Positions 46,908 through 57,057 are shown, counted from the stretch's first letter. The stretch is 64,000 bases of DNA from a virus (IMGVR_UViG_3300029959_000009:6699-70698); one strand, 5' to 3'. A program made the numbers and translations. The notes: generated by a model not told the origin, from the letters alone.

Positions 46908-48140
46908 CTACTCCACCACCAACTTTGTTAAAGCCGCATACGCTGCGTCCATCGCCGGGTTGCTCGGCCTCTTCAAGGTCGTGATGCTGCCGCCGAGCAC
47001 GTCTGTGAATGCCGTTCCGTCGTTTGATACAGTCATGGCGTGCCTCAGCTCCCCGTCGATCCTGCGGTCTCCTGAGATCAGCAGAGAGGTATCTGTAACG
47101 TCTGCCCCCATGCGGCGGGTCTGCGAGATGTTCAGGCGGTGCCTCTCAGAGAGGGCCATATCCACAACGGGCGAGAATGTGCCCGCGCCCCGGCCGACAA
47201 AAGTCCTTATGATGTTCGCGCCGGTCAGGATGGCACTTATCATCCACCTGCTCTTCGCAGGGTCCAGCGGGTCCAGAGTATCCCAGAAAGCGACCTGCCG
47301 CCAAATAGGCTGCTCTGCGCCTATCTGGCTCCAGGCCCGGACGACTGCGGAGAGGTTGATTGCATCCCAGGTGTCGCCCAGGTCCTCCGTTTCAACCAGT
47401 GCGTAGCCGCACGTAGCTATAATTCGGCCCTGGTAGCCGTCGATGCTGTTATACCGGGCGTTCGTAGTGTATCCCGATATGGCGGTGAGGTCGCATACTT
47501 GCACCCAATTTATAGCTCTATCTTCGGATAACCATATAGCAGAGCCGGTATGGGTGAAAAGGTGGTTGGGCTTGACCCAGACGACGGACTTGCCGACCGG
47601 CACACCTTCGCCTGCTGCTGCTGCGAGTTCCCACAGAGAGCCTGCCTTCAGGCTGTCGAACCACCCGTATGAGGTGCTGGCGAGCGTCCAGTTGTGACCT
47701 ATAGAGGTTATATCGTAGATCTCAGGAGCTTCCAGGACTTTCGACCACGAATCGCCGCTGTCTGGTGAGTGATAAATCGCCTCGTTGCCGTCCGACAGCT
47801 CGCAAAGGGCGATCACGTTTTCGCCGTGCGTCTCGATAACTTCTCTGATGCCCACCACCGACGCGGGCGACACGGTGTCGGGAACCTCCTCATCGAGGTC
47901 AGGTTCGGGTTCGCCTAAGAAGGGCGGCACGTCCTCCCATAGTTCGTACTCGGGAACCTCGGCGGCCAGGTCTGGGTCATCCGACCCGCCCGGCACCGGG
48001 GGCCAAGAAGAGAACTCCGGGACCGTCCCGTCGCTTATGCCGATGGGGGGCGTCCATCCCCAGGCGTTCCAGCCCAGGGCGTCGTAGGTTCGCATGAGCC
48101 GGTTCTCGCCCAGCACCGCACCAAATACAGCTCTCCTCAT
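46908..48140 (-). CDS. Virion protein with BNR/Asp-box beta-propeller repeats
   Basis: YHSPDSGDSW, SEDRAINW, TEDLGDTW, SNDGTAF. Confidence 0.65.
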   Translation of the reverse strand: MRRAVFGAVLGENRLMRTYDALGWNAWGWTPPIGISDGTVPEFSSWPPVPGGSDDPDLAAEVPEYELWEDVPPFLGEPEPDLDEEVPDTVSPASVVGIREVIETHGENVIALCELSDGNEAIYHSPDSGDSWSKVLEAPEIYDITSIGHNWTLASTSYGWFDSLKAGSLWELAAAAGEGVPVGKSVVWVKPNHLFTHTGSAIWLSEDRAINWVQVCDLTAISGYTTNARYNSIDGYQGRIIATCGYALVETEDLGDTWDAINLSAVVRAWSQIGAEQPIWRQVAFWDTLDPLDPAKSRWMISAILTGANIIRTFVGRGAGTFSPVVDMALSERHRLNISQTRRMGADVTDTSLLISGDRRIDGELRHAMTVSNDGTAFTDVLGGSITTLKRPSNPAMDAAYAALTKLVVE

Positions 48141-49418
48141 AGTAAAACACCAAGGAGACCCACTCCCTTCGGGAGGCGGGAGGAATTGGGCGCAGACTCC
48201 AAAACATTCATATATGATGCGTGCAATCTATCTCTTAGATGACTGAACTTGTATTGACCACGGTTTGCAAGCTGAATCCAACACTCGAACAGATATCCGA
48301 GATAGAGGATACCTTGAAGGCGTTCGCCGATGCTTGTAACTGGATCAATCGGAACGTGCCCGAGAACCTTAGAAACAGCGTGGTAATCCACCACATGGTT
48401 TACAAGGATGTCAGGGCGAAGTTCGGCCTCTCCGCCAATCTTGCCGTCAGAGCCATCAATAGGGTTGCAGGAAATCGCAAGACCGCCCTGAAAGACCGTT
48501 CTACCGTCAAGAACTTTGAGCCTACCAGTATCGACTACGATGCCAGGATCTTTGCCTTCAGAGAGAAGGACGAATCCGTCAGCCTTACCCTTCTCAGATC
48601 CAGGCAGAGGGTTAAGCTGGTTCCCGGAGACTACCAGAAAGATAGCCTCAAAGGTTCCAAGCCCACAAGTGCTACGCTCTGCAAAAAAAGATCTGAGTAT
48701 TACATCAATATTCAGGTCAAGAGTGAAGCGCCTGAAGAGATCCGGACTGATACGGTTTTGGGGGTAGATCTTGGTATCACCGATATTGCGGTGACCTCTG
48801 AAGGCCAGAAGTTTGGCGGCAAGACGATCAAGCAAATCAAGACCCATTACGCTTCTATGCGAACTGCCCTCCAACAGAAAGCCGTGAAAGGTACAAGAAG
48901 CTCTCGAAGAAGATGCAGAGAGCTTCAGCAACGACTGTCGGGCAAGGAGAGCAGATATCAAAAACAAATTAACCATGAAATCAGCAAAGCGATTGTGACC
49001 AGAGCTAAGGAGATTCCTGCTAAGATAGCTTTGGAGGATCTTTCTGGCATCCGCGAGCGTGTTAACCAGAAGACTGGGAAGGATCAACGTAGACGGGTTA
49101 ACGGTTGGGCTTTCTATCAGCTCAGAGTGTTTCTGAGCTACAAGGCACTTCAGGCCGGCATCCCTCTCGTGTTGGTCAATCCGGCCTATACCAGTAAGAC
49201 CTGCCATATCTGCGGCACTATCGGATCTCGTAACGGGAAACATTTCAAGTGTTCCTCTTGCGGTTGGTCTGGGGACGCTGATTTCAATGGTGCTCGAAAT
49301 ATCGCTATGCTTGGGTGCTTTGTAGGCGCGCCTAGAGGCTCGGAAGAATTGCCAAGTATCAAGGCCGTTCTTTCAGGGCTACTGAAAGCTCATCCCCTTT
49401 AGGGGGTGGGTAGCTTAT
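48141..49418 (+). mobile_element. TnpB-only IS200/IS605-family (IS1341-like) element
   Basis: Left hairpin near 48158-48180; right hairpin ctcatcccc-ttta-gggggtggg then agcTTAT; inserted after TCAT; removal restores an ATGA stop/start overlap. Confidence 0.85.
48239..49402 (+). CDS. tnpB: RNA-guided endonuclease TnpB
   Basis: GVDLG, ALEDL, CHICG, CSSCG and DADFNGARNI all intact. Confidence 0.95.
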   Translation: MTELVLTTVCKLNPTLEQISEIEDTLKAFADACNWINRNVPENLRNSVVIHHMVYKDVRAKFGLSANLAVRAINRVAGNRKTALKDRSTVKNFEPTSIDYDARIFAFREKDESVSLTLLRSRQRVKLVPGDYQKDSLKGSKPTSATLCKKRSEYYINIQVKSEAPEEIRTDTVLGVDLGITDIAVTSEGQKFGGKTIKQIKTHYASMRTALQQKAVKGTRSSRRRCRELQQRLSGKESRYQKQINHEISKAIVTRAKEIPAKIALEDLSGIRERVNQKTGKDQRRRVNGWAFYQLRVFLSYKALQAGIPLVLVNPAYTSKTCHICGTIGSRNGKHFKCSSCGWSGDADFNGARNIAMLGCFVGAPRGSEELPSIKAVLSGLLKAHPL

Positions 49419-50419
49419 GCTGCCTCCAGCATTATTCTAGCCTCCACAGGCCGGAGCCTGTTGGCCTGCAAGAGCATGTCAGCCTCTACCGGCGTCTGGA
49501 TATCAGATACCATGCGGGCGTATGCCCGGAAGGTCGTCTCCACATCTCCCTGCAGAGCTTCATTGGCTGTTAGGGGCAGATCCTCCCGACCTGATAGGGC
49601 TATGTCGGCGTCTAGTTCGACAGTTGTCTCGTCCTGGATGGCCTCCGAGGCCCGTAGGGCAGTGTGAGTAACGCTGCCGACCACGATATCAGCGTCGAGC
49701 GTTACCGACGAGCGGGCGGCCATGAACACGCTCGCCTCGAACGTCGTCTCGACCTTATCCCTGAGCAGGATTGAGGCGGCCAGGTTATTGTAAACCGGGC
49801 CGTGCATGAGCATATCGGCCGTCAGGTCCACGTAAGGGATGTAGAACCTGTAGTCAACCCCGGCCGCTACCGTGTTCGGCAGAACGAGGTCGATGAGTGC
49901 CAGCCTGTCCCGTGCCTTCTGACGGGCGTAGGCGTTTGTGATGTAGATCCTGCAATAGCCGGGCCAATAGGTGTCTACCCTGCAGCAGTTCGGCCACTCG
50001 CAGATAATACTAATAATCTCTTCGATGGCCGCCTTAGTGCCCGACCCGGCTACCTGCAGTAGGTAAACCTGTAGCCTCTTGCGGTACTGGTCATCCGTCT
50101 CACCGTATCGCCTTTTTAGCTCGTAAACCCTCCCCCAAATGTTATCAAGATCGCTGCCCGTCGCAAACTCGATCCTCTTTAGCAGCCCCATTTTATAGTT
50201 AAGGTCGGTGACGTAGGCGAGCTGGTTGGCGAGGGTGATTAGCTGCGGTGTTATTATGTGGTTCTGCCTGGGGCTGTTGTCAGTCACAGGAGCGAGGACG
50301 ATATCGGCCGAGAGTGCCAGGGCGTTCGACGGTTCGGCCAGCCAATCGAACGTGAAGGCGGCCAGGTCCTCGAAAGAGAAATCTGCCCAATGGCTAAAAG
50401 GCGCTCGGTAAGTGACCAT
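49415..50419 (-). CDS. Baseplate wedge protein (gpI-like) with 14-aa repeat tail
   Basis: ATGSDLDNIWG...RRYGETDDQYRKRL, AGSGTKAAIE..I; repeats at 49825-49418. Confidence 0.7.
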   Translation of the reverse strand: MVTYRAPFSHWADFSFEDLAAFTFDWLAEPSNALALSADIVLAPVTDNSPRQNHIITPQLITLANQLAYVTDLNYKMGLLKRIEFATGSDLDNIWGRVYELKRRYGETDDQYRKRLQVYLLQVAGSGTKAAIEEIISIICEWPNCCRVDTYWPGYCRIYITNAYARQKARDRLALIDLVLPNTVAAGVDYRFYIPYVDLTADMLMHGPVYNNLAASILLRDKVETTFEASVFMAARSSVTLDADIVVGSVTHTALRASEAIQDETTVELDADIALSGREDLPLTANEALQGDVETTFRAYARMVSDIQTPVEADMLLQANRLRPVEARIMLEAA

Positions 50420-50437
50420 GCTTTACATCCCTGAAGA

Positions 50438-51058
50438 CTACTGCGGCGCGGGCGGGTTGTACGGGTGGACGCTGATCTTGCCCCGCGTTATTCTGAGTTC
50501 GATATTGCCCGTCCTTATCCAGCGCTGAAAATCGTACTGCATCCCGTCTGAGCTTATGACGAACTTCTTTAGTCTCTTGAGGCCCCGCGTTTTACCAGCG
50601 GCCTTGCAGTCCGGGCAGAGGACCATGTTGTTCAGCACCAGGGGCACGGGCTTCTTCTGCTGGCAATCGGCGCAGAACCACTCGTCTTTATCGTGGCACG
50701 CCGGGCACTCTGCCTTCGACGAAGGGTCGAAGGGAAAGGTATGGCCGCACGAGAGGCACTTCACGGTTGGCGTGGTGTGGCGCCTCTCATCCATGCCTGC
50801 CACTATCCCGCCTCCGAGGTCCTGGACCTCCACGGGCATCGCCTCTATGGAGAGGGCAGCGACCTTCGAGACGGCCCGGACCTTTAGGGCGAGATCCTTC
50901 GAGAAGGGCACAAGGGTTATGGAGGATGGCTTATCTGGCAGCGCGTGCCACGGAAACTTTTTGCCTGTGTCGTCGAACTGCGGTATCCTCCTGCCGTCCG
51001 GCATGGTGGCAATCCAGTAATAGCGCCAGTATGGCAGAGGGTCGGTTGAGGTTGACAA
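50438..51058 (-). CDS. Double zinc-ribbon protein
   Basis: CLSC, CPAC, CADC, CPDC. Confidence 0.6.
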   Translation of the reverse strand: MSTSTDPLPYWRYYWIATMPDGRRIPQFDDTGKKFPWHALPDKPSSITLVPFSKDLALKVRAVSKVAALSIEAMPVEVQDLGGGIVAGMDERRHTTPTVKCLSCGHTFPFDPSSKAECPACHDKDEWFCADCQQKKPVPLVLNNMVLCPDCKAAGKTRGLKRLKKFVISSDGMQYDFQRWIRTGNIELRITRGKISVHPYNPPAPQ

Positions 51059-51072
51059 AGGAGACTCCCTTT

Positions 51073-51660
51073 TCAGACCACATCTGCTGCAAGCACAAAG
51101 GTAACAGGGGCTTGCTCTCCATGCGCGGCCCCGCTGTACTGTTCACTCTGCAGCAGGAAGCACTTCGACTTCCCGGCCACTGTGATGTCCCGGGTATCGA
51201 CCACCAGGGGCGAGGACTCGCTCAGGTCGTCCACATCGACGACGGCAATCGTCTGGCCCTTGTAAACAGCATGGCCGTTTGTGCCGTCTTTGATTGCATA
51301 GCCTGTGAGCCCAGGCGTCCCGGCGCTCTGCTGATACGACCCGACCAGGAACCCATGGCCGCCGCTGGAGTCATCCAGCCTTCCGGCGACAACTCTGCCC
51401 TTGTTTCCAGGGAACCAAGTGGCCGCGACGTTCCCAGGACCCCAGAACCTCAGGTTGTTGATGAGGCTGAAATCGCCGCTGTAGTCCAGGCACAGGGTTA
51501 TCCAGTAGGAATAATACGCCGCGACTCCCGCAGGCGGGACCTTGCAGGGCGTGACCAGGCCAGGAGCGTGCTCATCCGACGTACAGAACCTTATAGCCGC
51601 GACCTCGTTGTAGTTCGGCCCGGCATCGGTAAGTTGATCGATTGCGATTACCTCTCCCAT
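51073..51660 (-). CDS. Hypothetical virion protein
   Basis: Operon context; GAGGT RBS. Confidence 0.6.
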   Translation of the reverse strand: MGEVIAIDQLTDAGPNYNEVAAIRFCTSDEHAPGLVTPCKVPPAGVAAYYSYWITLCLDYSGDFSLINNLRFWGPGNVAATWFPGNKGRVVAGRLDDSSGGHGFLVGSYQQSAGTPGLTGYAIKDGTNGHAVYKGQTIAVVDVDDLSESSPLVVDTRDITVAGKSKCFLLQSEQYSGAAHGEQAPVTFVLAADVV

Positions 51661-51664
51661 AATT

Positions 51665-52129
51665 TTACCTCAAGAAGATTTTTTTGTAATGCTCAGAAAG
51701 ATCGTTAAAAAGCGGGCTGAAAACCTCGTCCTTGATGTTGTCCATCTCGGACCTTACAGCAGGGTTCGGCGGGCCGTTCCCTGATCCGTACTCCCGGATG
51801 CTGGCGGCCTGCGCTCGCTCAGGCCCCCGGATGCCCACATCGACCGAATCCTCTTCCGCATTCACCTCAAGAGAGGCGGCGAGCTCATCTGAGGTGACTT
51901 GCCGACACCTGCAAGTTTTGCCGTGAAAGGGCGGCTTCATTCGGCCGTTGCTGTAGGGCCGGTCGAGGGGGATAACACCGTCCAGCTCGGCCAGCTGGCA
52001 GACCGGGCAGACTCGCCCATCCCCGGCCGTTATGATGAACTTGGTCTTTCCACCCGGACCCAGAGACTCAGCAATAACGGCTTTGAGCCTCTGACCGTGC
52101 GCCTCCAGGAGATCCTTCATGATCACCAC
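51665..52129 (-). CDS. Head morphogenesis (gp7/MuF-like motif) plus HK97-gp10-like region
   Basis: GDGRVCPVC...PPFH..CRC followed by VDVG....AQAASIREYG.G..PP.P. Confidence 0.5.
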   Translation of the reverse strand: MVIMKDLLEAHGQRLKAVIAESLGPGGKTKFIITAGDGRVCPVCQLAELDGVIPLDRPYSNGRMKPPFHGKTCRCRQVTSDELAASLEVNAEEDSVDVGIRGPERAQAASIREYGSGNGPPNPAVRSEMDNIKDEVFSPLFNDLSEHYKKIFLR

Positions 52130-53166
52130 GCCAAGCCGACAAGCTGGGCGCCCGTGGCCTTGTTACCTGGGTATAGTGTCTGAAGGAGCTTTGCGGCCAC
52201 CAAGTTAACGTACTCGGGCTCGTGGCTTACTGCCTGTAGATCAAGCGTCCAGGGGTGCGTGTGGTTTGGCAGGCTGAAGTAGTTACTCCCTATCGGCCAC
52301 TGCTTCTTTAAAGAACGGATCCAAGACGCGCCCGCCCCCGACGTGCCGCTCAGGCCGTTGTGTCCGTGGATGGATGTGCCGGTAAGTGTGGCGTTCGAGT
52401 TCGCGCTTTCGATAAACCGCCCGTCCCATCCCGACATAATCGACCAGAGGGCTGAGGGCTGCCCATCGAAGAAGCATATCGAGCCCTGGAGCGCCTTGGC
52501 CGTCTGAGCGAGGCACTGATAGAATCTCGTCTGGACTCGGGCAGGCATCGCGGAGGCCTCCGAACTGACGGCGGCCGCACCTGCCGGGTGTGGATGATCT
52601 TGATCGCGATTAACGGTTGTTGACGGCGTTCCCATGAGCGCAGCGAATGTCGGCCCCATCGCTGAGTTTAGAGCAACAGTAACGCTATGGCCGATTGTGC
52701 CCCTCCCTCCCTGCGATCCGGGGGAGGCTCCCATTTTCATCAACCGGCCGTCTGGCGAAGCGTAGCGCTGAACCTCCGCCCAATCGAGGACGGCCTCTGA
52801 GAGTAGGAGAGAGCCCGTGGGGAACCTTCGCACCTGGGCCTCCCAGGTGAGATAGTCCATGTAGATGAGTTCGAACTCCTGATAGTATGGGTCGTTCGTG
52901 GCCGTGAGGCCCGTAGTCGTCCCCCTTGTGTGGTTGTTGTGCCTCTGCATGAAGACGTTCGATCCCGACTCATACTCAGCGGAGACGTTTGTACCGTACC
53001 CTAATAAGAAGTTGATAACAGGATGTTCATGCTGAAGAGCCCCGCCCAGGCCCAAAGCCTGCCCGGCCGTTGCGGTGCAGCGGATGTGTCGGCCGTTCAG
53101 GCCCACTACCTTCTGCCAGGGAGCCTCCGGCACGCCTCCGGGCCAGGGGAGGATTATATTAGTCAT
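52123..53166 (-). CDS. Tail fibre/collar-type protein
   Basis: Repeated H-x-H motifs (QHEH, DHPH, NHTH) and P.YV.L tail-collar motifs. Confidence 0.6.
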   Translation of the reverse strand: MTNIILPWPGGVPEAPWQKVVGLNGRHIRCTATAGQALGLGGALQHEHPVINFLLGYGTNVSAEYESGSNVFMQRHNNHTRGTTTGLTATNDPYYQEFELIYMDYLTWEAQVRRFPTGSLLLSEAVLDWAEVQRYASPDGRLMKMGASPGSQGGRGTIGHSVTVALNSAMGPTFAALMGTPSTTVNRDQDHPHPAGAAAVSSEASAMPARVQTRFYQCLAQTAKALQGSICFFDGQPSALWSIMSGWDGRFIESANSNATLTGTSIHGHNGLSGTSGAGASWIRSLKKQWPIGSNYFSLPNHTHPWTLDLQAVSHEPEYVNLVAAKLLQTLYPGNKATGAQLVGLAW

Positions 53167-54164
53167 CAGGTGGCCTCGCAGGTCAGCGAGCAAAGGATCT
53201 GCTTCACGGCGGTTATGCCGGAGACCCGGATAGAGACCCAATCACCCGCGTCTATGGCGATGTTCAGTCCAGTCTCCTCGTATTTCGTGTTGGCTGCTAT
53301 TGAGAAGACATCAAGCGCACTGCTCCAAGTCCCTGCGTAAGTCCTCTTGTAGAGCGTGCAGGCGATCGACCCTGTGACGTCCGAAGTCTCCCTTACCCTC
53401 GCAGCGACGATCTTGCATGCTATGGGAGCCCTGAACTCCATCCGGCCGTCTGTTATGACGTCCACGCCGTTACCGAATGGGTAGCCGATATCGAAGGTTC
53501 TGGTGATCCAGGAGCCGTCCCCCTTGAGAGTCTGGGCGGTTCCGGGAAGCTTCTGCATCAGGCCGTGCTTCTCAGTCGAGGCGTTCAGGTCCGTGTTATC
53601 GTCCGGGGCGGCCATGTCGTCGAGCTTGGGCAGACCCCAGTAAGGATCATCGGCCCCCTGCATAAGCACATATCCGAGAGTGCCTTTTGCCAGCTCTACC
53701 CAGGCCGACGCCCCCTTATACGGGATTGCCCCTCTGGCTGTGAGGAGCGATCTGAGAACGTACTGAGTGTGCGAATCTCCGACCAACAGGTCCGTGAGCG
53801 TAGAGTGCGAGGGGTATCCAAAGACCGGGTTAGCTCCGACTCCCTGAGTCAGCAGAGACTTGCCAGACACGCCAGGGCTGAGGGCCGCCAGCTGGGTCGC
53901 ATTCCTGAAGAGGAGCATCCCTTGGTCTGTGAGGATGGTGTCAACCAGCCCGACTTCCAGGTCTTCGGGAGCGACGCCGGAACTCTCCAGGAGACCGCCC
54001 GCGCCGTACACGGGAATCTTCCCGGCCGCTGCGAGGTTCTTGATCTGTACCTCATCGTCTAGCTTTTGTAAATCGGCGGAGTAAAGGATGGGGAAATAAT
54101 CGCCGAGGTGCTCGGTTCCGAGCTCGATCTTGTGAAGACTTAGCCGGGGAGTTAGTTCAGACAT
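53166..54164 (-). CDS. Tail fibre protein
   Basis: G.VL...GA.A.P.W fibre repeats, LDDMAAPDDNTDLNAST motif, C-terminal jelly-roll-like domain. Confidence 0.6.
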   Translation of the reverse strand: MSELTPRLSLHKIELGTEHLGDYFPILYSADLQKLDDEVQIKNLAAAGKIPVYGAGGLLESSGVAPEDLEVGLVDTILTDQGMLLFRNATQLAALSPGVSGKSLLTQGVGANPVFGYPSHSTLTDLLVGDSHTQYVLRSLLTARGAIPYKGASAWVELAKGTLGYVLMQGADDPYWGLPKLDDMAAPDDNTDLNASTEKHGLMQKLPGTAQTLKGDGSWITRTFDIGYPFGNGVDVITDGRMEFRAPIACKIVAARVRETSDVTGSIACTLYKRTYAGTWSSALDVFSIAANTKYEETGLNIAIDAGDWVSIRVSGITAVKQILCSLTCEAT

Positions 54165-54255
54165 GAAATTACCTCAGGAAAGCAGGGGGTTTGCTGGTCG
54201 AATTGTTATTTATAATAGAGAGTTTATTATTCTCAAAAAAGAGTATGGGCCGAGC

Positions 54256-54642
54256 TTATGCGCCCGGTGCTACCGCGCTCCGTCCTACCAGGATCGTTAT
54301 ATCGTTGTCTTCCGTCGCGTCGGCGTTGGTGAAGGTTATGGTGCTCGTGTCCTCTCCGAGCAGAGCCACCAGGCCCTCGTTCATCAGCTCCAGCGGGCCG
54401 TCGAGCGTGATGGGAGATCCTAAGCCCACCGCCATAGTCAAATCGTCGTACCTCTCAGCCGTTATGGCTATGAACTGCACCGCAACGGTTGCCGGGTGGA
54501 CGAGGACGATGAGGGGCACAGAACTCTTCACGGCGGTCGCTTCGATCTTCTCCACGACCTCGACATCCACGAAATCGCTGACAGTGGAGGAGAGGCCGTC
54601 CGGTGTTGATGCTGAAATGGATCTTGTTATCCTGTCGGTCAT
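54256..54642 (-). CDS. Hypothetical structural protein
   Basis: GAGGT RBS; beta-rich. Confidence 0.55.
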   Translation of the reverse strand: MTDRITRSISASTPDGLSSTVSDFVDVEVVEKIEATAVKSSVPLIVLVHPATVAVQFIAITAERYDDLTMAVGLGSPITLDGPLELMNEGLVALLGEDTSTITFTNADATEDNDITILVGRSAVAPGA

Positions 54643-54800
54643 CTTAATACCTCAGAGTTTTTCTATTATTTTCGATAGCAGCAAACTATTTTCTTTAGAG
54701 TATAATTTCATCAGTACAAGCAAAATTGCTAGATTCAAGCAACATGATATTGCACAGAGGGCCAGGCATATCATTGTCATTATGCACTGGCCGTCTGGCA

Positions 54801-55064
54801 TTATTTGCAAACCTCTTGTTTGATTGCCGATACTTCTTTGCCTATCTCTCGGGCGCGCTCGTCGTGGCTGTTGAGACAGTTGATGAGCGTGCAGATCTTT
54901 TCGACTAGCCGCTCGTTGTTCTTCTCGCTCTGTTTCATGCTCGTGTTCGTGATCCAGTAGACCAGATACACGATTAGAGCTACAATGGCGATTATGAGGA
55001 AGGCTATGAGGGTTAGGTTAAAGTCTCCGCCAGCTGCTTTCATCAGCTCAGTCTCGCCCGTCAT
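54801..55064 (-). CDS. Single-TM membrane protein with coiled coil (holin-like)
   Basis: LIAFLIIAIVALIVYLVYW followed by a coiled coil. Confidence 0.5.
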   Translation of the reverse strand: MTGETELMKAAGGDFNLTLIAFLIIAIVALIVYLVYWITNTSMKQSEKNNERLVEKICTLINCLNSHDERAREIGKEVSAIKQEVCK

Positions 55065-55153
55065 GCTGCCCCGGAAGAGCTAAGTATCTGAGAGCTAAAT
55101 GAGCCTGTGGCGGGCTCCGTTCCTGTCGGTCGTATCGACATGGAGCAGCCCGC

Positions 55154-55402
55154 CTACTTGAGCAGCTTCTCCTTTGCGATCTCCTCTCTCTTCTCAGCCT
55201 CGGTTACTTTCCTCAGCCCGGCCATGACGAGGCCGATAACAAGCAGAAGGGTCGCGGTGCTCGTCGGCAGGCCTATGTTTGCCAGGAATGCGGAGATCAG
55301 GTTAAGCGATTCTGGGCTGATGTTTCCGAGCAGCCCCATGAGCAGCATGGCAAGAGCCACGGCATACGTCTTATATCCTTCGAGCATCACTTTTACCACC
55401 AT
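55154..55402 (-). CDS. Small multi-TM membrane protein (holin-like)
   Basis: LEGYKTY-AVALAMLL...GLVMAGLR. Confidence 0.55.
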   Translation of the reverse strand: MVVKVMLEGYKTYAVALAMLLMGLLGNISPESLNLISAFLANIGLPTSTATLLLVIGLVMAGLRKVTEAEKREEIAKEKLLK

Positions 55403-55746
55403 ACCAATGTATCGTTAATTTCAGTCATGTTTTCAGTCGTATTGCCCACCGATGCCGGGATCTCTGGGACGCTCTGAGTGAAATTTCTAAGGGCGCTCGT
55501 GATCCCCGCTCCGGCCTCCTGTGCTACTGTCTGAGTCTCGCTGGTCATGTAGCCGATATCGTCCATGTGCCAACGGGGCTGCTTGACCAAGGGCGCATTG
55601 CTCAAGGCTATCGACCACGCGCTTGTGGGATCGACGTTCTGAAGGCTTATGACCGGCGCAGGGGCTTTGTACTTGATCTGATCTGACGGGAGCTCTGCCA
55701 CGGCCAGAGAGGCCAGGAGCATCAGGGCGATGAGGATTGTTCTCAT
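55393..55746 (-). CDS. Secreted protein
   Basis: Signal peptide MRTILIALMLLASLAVA. Confidence 0.55.
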   Translation of the reverse strand: MRTILIALMLLASLAVAELPSDQIKYKAPAPVISLQNVDPTSAWSIALSNAPLVKQPRWHMDDIGYMTSETQTVAQEAGAGITSALRNFTQSVPEIPASVGNTTENMTEINDTLVWW

Positions 55747-56060
55747 CGCTTCTTCCTCCCCAGAGTCGAGGTATTGAAGTATCCCGGCACGCCCTCTTGA
55801 CCCCGCCTTCTCATATCAGCAAGCTTGGCCTTCGGGTCATAGTCATAGGCCTCGATCCACTCCAAGCGAGTGAGATAGACGCCCGGATCGTCCGGCGTTC
55901 CGTACATCTGGTTGTCTCCCTCGCCTATGACGCCGGAAGGCAGCTTCCATTCAAACGATGTCGGGAGGATGCACCCGCACGCCTCTGCCCCACTGCCATA
56001 ACCAGCAGGAAGCGGAGTGTTCGGTGCTCCACACGACTTGCACAGAAATTTCTTAGGCAT
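55743..56060 (-). CDS. Hypothetical Zn-binding protein
   Basis: CKSCG...CGC. Confidence 0.55.
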   Translation of the reverse strand: MPKKFLCKSCGAPNTPLPAGYGSGAEACGCILPTSFEWKLPSGVIGEGDNQMYGTPDDPGVYLTRLEWIEAYDYDPKAKLADMRRRGQEGVPGYFNTSTLGRKKR

Positions 56061-56560
56061 GGAAGGGAGTTCTGTGATCTCTCCGCAGCCAGCGCATTTT
56101 AGTTTGACTATGATATCATCTCCTTGTTTGCTTTATCACAACTAACAACAGCGTCGCCGCATGTCGCTCTACAAAAGCACCTAAAACAAGCACTTTCAGG
56201 ACGATTTGAGCCGCCCGATTCTCTCTTTGGATCTTGAGATTTAGGCATCGTTAAGAGCATCGCGCTTTTGCTGCTCTCGATTCTCGCTAAGAAAATATTA
56301 TAAATATGCTTCTAAACCGAAGAAGCTTGTATCTCGCGCCAAGATTCTATCTCAGAACCACATCGATATCGTGTGATCCATTTTTGTCTTTTATCACCGC
56401 TATCAGCAGGCGCTATTTTCTGCTCCTATAGTATGTGTTCAAGTGCGGATACCAAAATGGTAGGTGGCAAAAGTACACATCTACCCCAGATCGTTGATTA
56501 CGAATACGTACCAATAAGTATTAATACTAAGCACGTATTGGTATGTATTGGTGAAATGCG

Positions 56561-57055
56561 ATGAGTGACAGTATGAAATATCTAGGAGCCGCAACAGACT
56601 GCGGCGAGTATTGGGAAGACTGGAACAGCGAGGCCAAGGATCTTGGTCCTGGAGTATCCTTCACGGTCAGATGCGCCGAGGATGGAGGCAAAGGCCCGCA
56701 TCTGATATGTTGCTACGGCCTTCAAAATGATGTGAATCTTGAAGCCGTGGCGAGAGAGGCCGAGAGGATAATCACGGCCTACAAGGCACACGACACCGTC
56801 AGGTTCCCGAATGGCCGCCCGATTCAGGGGCCGCTCAGACCCCCAAGACCGGAATACTGGCCAACGCTCGAAGAAGTGCTGGTTCTCTTCAGGGAATCAG
56901 TGCCCCGACACAAGGCGACAAATCAGCGCATGGGAAGAATGGTGTGGAGCATCCGAGATGTCGTTTGGGATGTCACGGGGTCGGGCGCGATGACGGATCG
57001 TGTCATTGAGCGTGTGGGGATGGCCGAACTGGAAAGAATCTACGAGGAGGTCTGA
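56561..57055 (+). CDS. Hypothetical protein (plus-strand island)
   Basis: GGTGA RBS. Confidence 0.6.
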   Translation: MSDSMKYLGAATDCGEYWEDWNSEAKDLGPGVSFTVRCAEDGGKGPHLICCYGLQNDVNLEAVAREAERIITAYKAHDTVRFPNGRPIQGPLRPPRPEYWPTLEEVLVLFRESVPRHKATNQRMGRMVWSIRDVVWDVTGSGAMTDRVIERVGMAELERIYEEV

Positions 57056-57057
57056 AA

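Noticed and set aside
48137-49243. 368-aa minus-strand ORF
   Set aside because: Antisense shadow of tnpB with no protein-like motifs.
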